A DNA stretch of 64,000 bases, taken from Eledone cirrhosa. Its lineage: Eukaryota. A model generated the notes under the pieces. The model was not told the DNA's origin and ran no database searches. It saw nothing but the letters and a program-made list of their open reading frames with translations. The position numbers and the translations under genes are program-made. Shown here piece after piece: positions 55,582-64,000 of the stretch; within the stretch, counting starts at the first letter, position 1; each line of letters starts with the position of its first letter. Location: assembly GCA_964016885.1 (NCBI GenBank), contig OZ024741.1, positions 402,628,001 through 402,692,000 on the forward strand, written 5' to 3'.

Positions 55582-56330
55582 AAACCACCCCTACAGGGTG
55601 GACTGGGTGCTTTTTGTTATGTCACCAGCACAACCACCATTACAGGGTGGACTGGGTGTTTTTTGTTATGTCACCAGCAGAACCACGTTACAGGCTGTAT
55701 TGGGGCCTATTGTCATGTTACCAGCACAACCACGTTACAGGCTGTATTGGGGCCTATTGTCATGTTACCAGCACAACCACGTTACAGGCTGTATTGGGGC
55801 CTATTGTCATGTTACCAGCACAACCACGTTACAGGCTGTATTGGGGGCCTATTGTCATGTTACCAGCACAACCACGTTACAGGCTGTATTGGGGGCCTAT
55901 TGTCATGTTACCAGCACAACCACCTTACAGGCTGTATTGGGGCCTATTGTCATGTTACCAGCACAACCACCTTACAGGCTGTATTGGGGGCCTATTGTCA
56001 TGTTACCAGCACAACCACCTTACAGGCTGTATTGGGGGCCTATTGTCATGTTACCAGCAGAACCACGTTACAGGCTGTATTGGGGCCTATTGTCATGTTA
56101 CCAGCACAACCACGTTACAGGCTGTATTGGGGGCCTATTGTCATGTTACCAGCACAACCACGTTACAGGCTGTATTGGGGGCCTATTGTCATGTTACCAG
56201 CACAACCACATGACAGGCTGTATTGGGGGCCTATTGTCATGTTACCAGCACAACCACCTTACAGGCTGTATTGGGGGACTATTGTAATGTCACCAGCACA
56301 ACCACCTTACAGGGTGGACTGGGTGCTGTT
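55582..56330 (-). repeat. Tandem array of a 47-48-bp unit (about 15 copies) derived from the RTE 3' UTR repeat
   Basis: Unit aaccacgttacaggctgtattggggcctattgtcatgttaccagcac. Edge copies keep gtggactgggtgcttttt, the reverse complement of the RTE UTR motif. Confidence 0.88.
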
Positions 56331-56939
56331 AATCATGTGACCAGCAATAGTAATAAAAGGCTAAGACTGTAAAATATGATTTGAGGTATATTTAGATACT
56401 ATCTCTAGCAGGACAAATGACCACCATATAGAGCCTCTCTTATTGGTTTAATTAAAATCCAATATTTCCTTGGGTAGTTTCTACTAATTAACACTAATAA
56501 TATAATTAACAAGGTTAATCAGCCGTAATCAATAATAAAACCACATAAATGATTGAATCTGTTGATATTGATCAGTCAATATCAGCTTCATTGAGCAGAC
56601 CTATGAGGAAAGACATTCCAGCCATGGCCATCCTGCCTTTTATATATCATAGACTACATACCGCCACCACACCACTATCCCCCACACCACCACCACCACT
56701 GCTATCACCACCACCACTGCTACTACCACCACCACCTTTATAATTATCATATTAATAGTGATATAATTGAATTATTGGTGCAGCAGAAGTTGGTACCAGA
56801 ATATAGTGTACTTCCTGGGTAACGCCAGGGTTAATACTAGTTTCTTCACAAGTTCCACTAAGGCAGGGTAATCAATATATAGACTTTCATTCAAAGATAA
56901 ATTCTGTACAGTATTGAAAATTAAATAACTTGACAAGAA

Positions 56940-57178
56940 CGATGATGATGATGATGATGATGATGGTGTTGATGGTGATGATAATGATGGTGATGATAAT
57001 GATGGTGATGATAATGATGTTGATGATAATGATGATGAAATATGATGATGATGATGATGATGAAATATGATGATGGTGATGATGATGGTGATGATGGTGA
57101 TGATAATGATATTGATGATGATGAGGATGAAATATGATGATGATGATGATGAAATATGATGATGGTGATGATGCTGAT
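56940..57178. repeat. (GAT)n-rich microsatellite
   Basis: Read directly from the sequence. Confidence 0.9.
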
Positions 57179-57476
57179 TTTATTAATATCATCATCATCA
57201 TCATTATCTAGATTGGCTGTTGTGGTAGAGCGTTGGACGAAATACTTTACAGCATATAGTTACGTTCTTTTATGTTCTGGGTTCAAATCTTGGTTAGCTT
57301 TGCCTTTCATCTTTACGGGGAGGGAAGGGGTTGATAAAATAAAGTACCAGTAATGCATGGGGTTGATTTAATCAACTTTTTCCTACCTCCAAATTGTTGA
57401 CCATGTTTCGAAATCGGAAACTATTAAAACCACCACCACCACCACCACCAACACCTCCCCTTACAGGGAGGGGGCT

Positions 57477-58215
57477 GTTGATAAAATAAAGTACCAGTAA
57501 TACACTGGGGTAATTGCTGGCCTTGTGCCAAAAGTAGAAACAATTATTTTTACAGGGTTGATAAAATAAAGTACCAGTAATACACTAGGATAATTGCTGG
57601 CCTTGTGCCAAAAGTAAAAACAATTATTTTTACAGGGTTGATAAAATAAAGTACCAGTAATACACTAGGATAATTGCTGGCCTTGTGCCAAAAGTAGAAA
57701 CAATTATTTTTACAGGGTTGATAAAATAAAGTACCAGTAATACACTGGGGTAATTGCTGGCCTTGTGCCAAAAGTAGAAACAATTATTTTTACAGGGTTG
57801 ATAAAATAAAGTACCAGTAATACACTAGGATAATTGCTGGCCTTGTGCCAAAAGTAGAAACAATTATTTTTACAGGGTTGATAAAATAAAGTACCAGTAA
57901 TACACTAGGATAATTGCTGGCCTTGTGCCAAAAGTAGAAACAATTATTTTTACAGGGTTGATAAAATAAAGTACCAGTAATACACTGAGATAATTGCTGG
58001 CCTTGTGCCAAAAGTAGAAACAATTATTTTTACAGGGTTGATAAAATAAAGTACCAGTAATACACTAGGATAATTGCTGGCCTTGTGCCAAAAGTAGAAA
58101 CAATTATTTTTACAGGGTTGATAAAATAAAGTACCAGTAAGACATTGGGGTAGATTTAATCCACTTTCCTTCCCCTCAAAATGGCTGACCTTGTCCTTAA
58201 ACCAGAAAACATTAA
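57477..58215 (+). repeat. Tandem array of an 80-bp unit (8 copies plus a partial) equal to the 3' end of the family-1 SINE
   Basis: Unit tacagggttgataaaataaagtaccagtaatacactaggataattgctggccttgtgccaaaagtagaaacaattatttt. Confidence 0.95.
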
Positions 58216-58419
58216 TATCTTATTTAATATAAATTCTTACAAAATGGAATTCATAAAGCGTTTGGATTATAAGGTTAGTGGTTGCGAAGTAAAAGTCATT
58301 GGGTAACATTTGCTAGTATTGAGCTTTTCACATCATAAATCTCATGTACTGTTTACAAGCCATTAACAAACCTCACTCTTATTTAAACAGGACACAACAA
58401 ACTCAATATCTCTACTGTA

Positions 58420-59175
58420 CTGTAGTAGTAGTAGTTGTTGTTGCTGTTGTTGTTGTAGTTGTTGGTGTTGTAGTTGTTACTATTGTTGTTGTTGTTGTTG
58501 TTGTTGTAGTTGTATAAAACTTTCTAATAACCATCACCACCACCACCACCACTACCACCACCATCACCACCACCATCACCACCACCACCACTACCATCAC
58601 CACCACCATCACCACCACCACCATTACCATCACCACCACCAGCACCACTACCACCATCACCACCACCACCACCACCACCACCACTGCCCCCACAACCCCC
58701 CACACCACCACAACGATGACGACGACGACGACCACCACCACCACCACTACTCCCACCCCCACCACCACTAACCCCCCACCTTCTGTGAAGCGAAGACATC
58801 TTTTAAATTTGTTTGTGATTTTGTTGGGTAAGGTTGTGGAAAGGTGGATAGGGTGTGTTGAAAGTTGGGTGGTGGGGAACAAAGAAGAGGGTGGGGGAGG
58901 GAGAGAGAGAGGGAGAGAGATGGAGCAGATGAGAGAGAGAGGGGGAGAGGGAGAGGGGAAGAGAGAGAGGGAGCAGAGGAGAGAGAGAGGGGGAGATAGG
59001 GAGAGAGAGAGGGAGTGGGGGAGAGGGGGAGATAGCCAGGGAGCAGGGGAGAGAGAGGAGGAGAGGGACGAGAGGGAGAGGAGGGAGAGGGAGCAGGGAA
59101 GAGGGGGGAGAGAGAGATGGAGAGAGAGAGAGAGAGTGGGAGAGATGGAGAGGGAGAGAGAGGTAGAATAGATGA

Positions 59176-59231
<56 letters not shown>

Positions 59232-59330
59232 AAACAGTATGAATGAAAGAAAGAAGGAAAGAATGAATGAAAGAAAGAAAAAAATCAAATAGAAAAAGTA
59301 GAAAAAGAAAGAAAAAGTAGAAAATTAAGA
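58420..59330. repeat. Simple repeats (GTT)n, (ACC)n, GA-rich and (GAAA)n
   Basis: Read directly from the sequence. They explain the low-complexity ORFs here. Confidence 0.9.
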
Positions 59331-59596
59331 AAGGTAAAGGGAGGTAAAGGGAGGTAAGTGTTGTTCTGAAAATGAACGTAGAAAACATTTACTGAGATGA
59401 AACAATATTTACATAAGTCGTGTGAAATGTTTAATATTGAGAATATTCCAGTAGTTATTAGAAACTAGAGAAGAGCAGAGAAGAGTAGACATTCCATCTA
59501 AAGTTGTAGTAACACCATTAATAGGAAGAGACATATATATATCATCTTCATCATAGTTTTACATCCATTCTTCCCCGCTAGCATGGATATATATAT

Positions 59597-62386
59597 ATTT
59601 ACCAACAGGTCACGGGGGTAGCCATGGGCACAAGAATGGGCCCGAACTATGCCAACCTTTTTGTTGGCCATGTTGAGGCCCAAATCTTTGCCCAGTACAC
59701 CGGCCCCACGCCCGAACTGTACGGTCGTTACATTGACGACTGTATCGGAGCCACGACCCTCACCCGAGAACAGCTCGACTCCTTTCTCTCCTTCCACCCC
59801 TCCCTCCACTTCACCACCTCTATCTCCACCACCCACGTCCACTTCTTAGACATCTCCGTCGCCTTCGACCCCTCCCACCACTCCCTCGTCACCTCCGCCT
59901 TCTTCAAACCCACCGACTCCCACTCTTACCTCGACTTCACCTCTTCCCACCTCACCCACACTAAACACTCCATTCCCTACTCCCAACTTCTCAGGATCCG
60001 CCGCCTCTGTAGCCGTGATGCTGACTTCGAGTCCCAGGCCCTTTCCCTAGTCAGCCATTTCATCCGCAGAGGTTCCCCCCCCCCCCTCTCGTCTACACCG
60101 CTCTCACCCGCGCCCGTGCTGTCCCCCGCTCCACCACCCCACCCCACGCCACCGCACACCCACCCACCGTCTCCCCTTCCCCATCACCTACCACCCCTCC
60201 ACCTTACCCCTCCACCGCACCATCCGCCGCCTCTTCCGACGCCTCCAGTCCGACCCCTCCACCTCCCACATCTTCCCAACCCCACCACTCCCCTCCTTCA
60301 AACGCGCACGCAATCTCCGCACCCTCCTCGTCCACAGCTCCCTACCCCCCAACCCACGCTCTGTCCCCCCCCCCGGTTCCTTTCCCTGTTCTAGGCCCCG
60401 CTGCAACACCTGTCCCCACATCACCAACACCACCACCTTCCAGGGTCCCAACGGCCACTCTCTCTCTGTCCGGCATGCCTTCCGCTGACCTCCAACCTAG
60501 TCTACGGACTTCGCTGCACGGAGTGCAGTGAGACTTATGTCGGACAGACGGGACGTCGCCTGGCGGACCGAGTCACGGAGCACCTCCGGTATACTCGTCT
60601 CGGGGGCAGTTCCCCCATCGCCCGCCACTTTGGTGGCCCTGGACACTCCGCACGCCATCTCACAGTCTGTGGCCTACTCCAGTGCCACGGAACACCCGCC
60701 AATCGCCTTACGGTCGAACAACGAACTATCTTCATCTTACAGACCCACACTCCCCCCGGCCTGAACTCCCCACCCTTATTCCTTTAGCCTTCGACCGCCC
60801 CCCTCCCCCCACACTTATCCCCACTAACACCACTAACACACCCCTCCTTTTCACCGCCCACCCCACAACTAACAATACTAACACCTCCACTCCACCCCTC
60901 ATCTGACCACCCTTCCCCAACTAACATACTAACATCCCTTCCCCCCCTCTCCCCCCCTCCTTATCACACGCACACACCCACCGGCACATATATACACGCG
61001 CTCACACTAAACACACACCCTACTACCACCACTAATCCTCACCCCCACACCTCCATCCCACCCACCCGCAACTAACCTCACTAACACCCCCTAACCCCAA
61101 GCACACGAACACACGCACCCACTTACACCACCCACCCCACACGCAACTAACATCACTAACACCCCCCAACCCCACGCACACGTACCCACACACCCTCGTA
61201 CACCACCAACTCTACACACCCTACCACCACTAACCCCCACTCACACCTGCATTCAACCCCTCCCCACCTCCCGTATACTAACACCCACTAACACCTCTTC
61301 ATCAAACTACACACACACCAGTACACCACACTCCCTCCATAGAACCACACACACCCTTCTCTCCCCGCTCCACCCACACCCTCGCTCCACACTCACTCAT
61401 CCCACTAACACCCCTACTAATACACACACACACACACCCTCCTCACTCCAACTTTCACACCTACCCATCCTCGCCCCCTTATCATTCCACCGACTGCTGC
61501 TATGCCCTCTGACCACCTCCCTGCACTAACAGACCACAGCACTCCCACTGCTGACCACTTCCTGTTGCGCGCGCACCCCACATCTCTCCTCTTCCGACCA
61601 CCGCTTCATGGATTACCCACACGCAGAAATTCACCTACAAACAATCCACTAAACATCTTTGGAATTTACCAACTTTTCAACCATCCTCTTACGTAATCAC
61701 CTATATAACTCACCCACACACACACCCCAAACAAATTTTTTTCTCCACACCCACCCACACCCACAACACGCTTAAACCCCACACACACGTGCCTTCCACC
61801 ACATATTTACACCCTCAGCCTCCTGATTCCTCTCCCCCCACCCCTCTATCCACACACGCACATACACTCCGACCCCCCCCCCCACACACACCTCTTCCTG
61901 AACATGCAACCCCGTTCTTCCCCCAACCCTTACTTTCACATACACACACACATACACACACGCACACCTACACACACCACCTCCAGCCCTCCCCGCTCGG
62001 ACACCCCGTCTCCCACTCCCACTCCACCCGCCACCACCCCTACACACCCCACACCCTTCCACCACCTGTTTTACCCCCCTTTTGATTTCAGTTTATTTTG
62101 ATCATGCCTTTATTTTTAAATTTATCTCATTCCTTGTATTTTGATCATGCTTTATTTTTATTTTTATCTTTACTTGTTATTTTTTCATTCGCACCGTTTC
62201 CTTTCGCTATATGTCTCTCCACCACTCCCCTACACACCCTTTGAACTCTGTTCCCACACACTTCTCACCTGAGGAAGGGCTTATGCCCGAAACGTCGTCC
62301 CCCACCTACACCCCACTCTCCAGAGCGTGAAATTAATAAACATTTGTTGTACTGCCTCTCTGTTTTGTCCCTGTTCAAATTTTTCC

Positions 62387-62388
<2 letters not shown>
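59597..62388 (+). mobile_element. Penelope-like element (Neptune-type), 5'-truncated and frameshifted, between (TA)n tracts
   Basis: RT motifs YQQVTGVAMGTRMGPNYANLF…RYIDDC…FLDI…KPTDSHSYL. Cys linker PCSRPRCNTC at about 60385. GIY-YIG domain NLVYGLRCTECSETYVGQTGRRLADRVTEH…EQRTIF…GLN at 60493-60768. Long C/A-rich 3' region, then a hammerhead and aataaa. Confidence 0.9.
62267..62298 (+). ncRNA. Minimal hammerhead ribozyme of the PLE pLTR
   Basis: ac-CTGAGGA-a-gggc-ttat-gccc-GAAA-cG-TC-gt, with palindromic acgt in place of stem III. Confidence 0.85.
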
Positions 62389-62441
<53 letters not shown>

Positions 62442-62444
62442 GTA

Positions 62445-62475
<31 letters not shown>

Positions 62476-62544
62476 TATGAAGAGAGAAGAAACATTTAGA
62501 TATAATTAGTAATAAAATGTATCATACCTAAACTGCTCCTAAAT

Positions 62545-62634
62545 TCCTCGACTACGTAGTTTCGTGGCATAAACAAAAACAATATATCATAAAGACATAG
62601 AGTCCTTGCGAGGTCTGCCGACTTATCAAGAGGA
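62545..62634 (-). ncRNA. Type I hammerhead ribozyme with variant core UUGAUAA
   Basis: Reverse complement of 63492-63581. Confidence 0.78.
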
Positions 62635-63491
62635 TACCTCATTTTACTAGTCTCAAGAACGCGTCTACACGACGTGAGAAAGAATCCCAAAAGGCGGAGG
62701 GGGAGATAGTCACGCGATATAACGGTCGAGAAACAGAGCTAAGCCTCTTATAACCCCGAAGAAAATACCACGGAGGCGGAGGGGGTATTTATATCGAGGC
62801 CGCAGAAGAGGTGGTGAAGAAGGCGAGAAGTATGAGTAATGGAAGCCTTCCAGCTGTCCCCACACTTCAAAGATTGCTCGACCAGAGGGAGTTATTAACA
62901 ATATAATTAGAAACACACAGATACATGCGGACACACACACATATATACATGAATGCATCCGCACCCAACTGTGAGTTAAGGGTGCCAACTTCACCGATGT
63001 TGCTCAATGAATGACTGGGACAGACCAATTCAGTTGAACTAGACTGAACCAGTATCAGAGTTAAAAATACATTATGAAGAGAGAAGAAACATTTAGATAT
63101 AATTAGTAATAAAATGTATCATACCTAAACTGCTCCTAAATTCCTCGACTACGTAGTTTCGTGGCATAAACAAAAACAATATATCATAAAGACATAGAGT
63201 CCTTGCGAGGTCTGCCGAATTATATTGTTAATAACTCCCTCTGGTCGAGCAATCTTTGAAGTGTGGGGACAGCTGGAAGGCTTCCATTACTCATACTTCT
63301 CGCCTTCTTCACCACCTCTTCTGCGGCCTCGATATAAATACCCCCTCCGCCTCCGTGGTATTTTCTTCGGGGTTATAAGAGGCTTAGCTCTGTTTCTCGA
63401 CCGTTATATCGCGTGACTATCTCCCCCTCCGCCTTTTGGGATTCTTTCTCACGTCGTGTAGACGCGTTCTTGAGACTAGTAAAATGAGGTA

Positions 63492-63581
63492 TCCTCTTGA
63501 TAAGTCGGCAGACCTCGCAAGGACTCTATGTCTTTATGATATATTGTTTTTGTTTATGCCACGAAACTACGTAGTCGAGGA
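63492..63581 (+). ncRNA. Type I hammerhead ribozyme with variant core UUGAUAA (U3-A8)
   Basis: tcctc-TTGATAA-gt(c)ggca…tgccac-GAAA-ctacgta-GTC-gagga. Stem I is tcctc/gagga and stem III is the palindrome actacgtagt. Predicted cleavage is after C63576. Confidence 0.78.
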
Positions 63582-63820
63582 ATTTAGGAGCAGTTTAGGT
63601 ATGATACATCTTATTACTAATTATATCTAAATGTTTCTTCTCTCTTCATAATGTATTTTTAACTCTGATACTGGTTCAGTCTAGTTCAACTGAATTGGTC
63701 TGTCCCAGTCATTCATTGAGCAACATCGGTGAAGTTGGCACCCTTAACTCACAGTTGGGTGCGGATGCATTCATGTATATATGTGTGTGTGTCCGCATGT
63801 ATCTGTGTGTTTCTAATTAT

Positions 63821-63894
<74 letters not shown>

Positions 63895-63895
<1 letters not shown>

Positions 63896-64000
63896 AAAGC
63901 TATGTTGGTACCACAACATGCAGTCCGAAATAAATGAGGTCGTGTAGGTGTCACAACAAAAAAAAAACACAGTCCACGCTGTAATGTGGCCGTGTAGGTA
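63895..64000 (+). mobile_element. RTE 3' UTR fragment, running off the window
   Basis: Nearly identical to 48926-49030 (gtgtaggtgtcac…cagtccacgctgtaatgtggccgtgtagg). Confidence 0.75.

Larger units (their letters stand above)
62474..63825. mobile_element. Retrozyme-like / non-autonomous PLE element: 597-bp unit as 1.25 copies (minus sense) plus 1 circularly permuted inverted copy (plus sense), in (TA)n
   Basis: 62474-62621 equals 63071-63218 (period 597). 63218-63825 is the reverse complement of the unit, starting and ending at aattatattgt. A hammerhead is present in each full unit. Confidence 0.82.

Noticed and set aside
62496-63937. Short duplicated ORFs (63-94 aa) in the 597-bp unit
   Set aside because: They start at TTG/GTG, have no recognisable motif and overlap the ribozyme. 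The duplication just reflects the inverted repeat.

Overview
This is a eukaryotic, AT-rich, repeat-saturated window with no convincing host gene. The SINE and LINE families resemble those of octopus genomes; that is an inference and no search was run. Contents: (1) a 6.3-kb (ACC/ACT/AAC)n compound repeat; (2) two CR1 3' ends that both carry the same 61-bp internal tandem array (about 60 and 9 copies); (3) a nest of about 18 kb of (ATT/TAA)n-associated retroelements, made of four R4/Dong-like RLE LINE pieces, a near-full-length Tx1-like LINE and many tRNA-SINEs; (4) RTE fragments, a decayed hAT transposase, TTAA and TA MITEs, and a Neptune-type Penelope-like element (PLE). The most interesting signal is a set of hammerhead-ribozyme elements embedded in (TA)n tracts. 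The best example (62474-63825) is a 597-bp non-coding unit present as 1.25 copies plus a circularly permuted inverted full copy, carrying a type I hammerhead with a compensatory U3-A8 core. It looks like a young retrozyme or circular-RNA-type PLE parasite. All calls come from reading motifs by eye, so boundaries are approximate.
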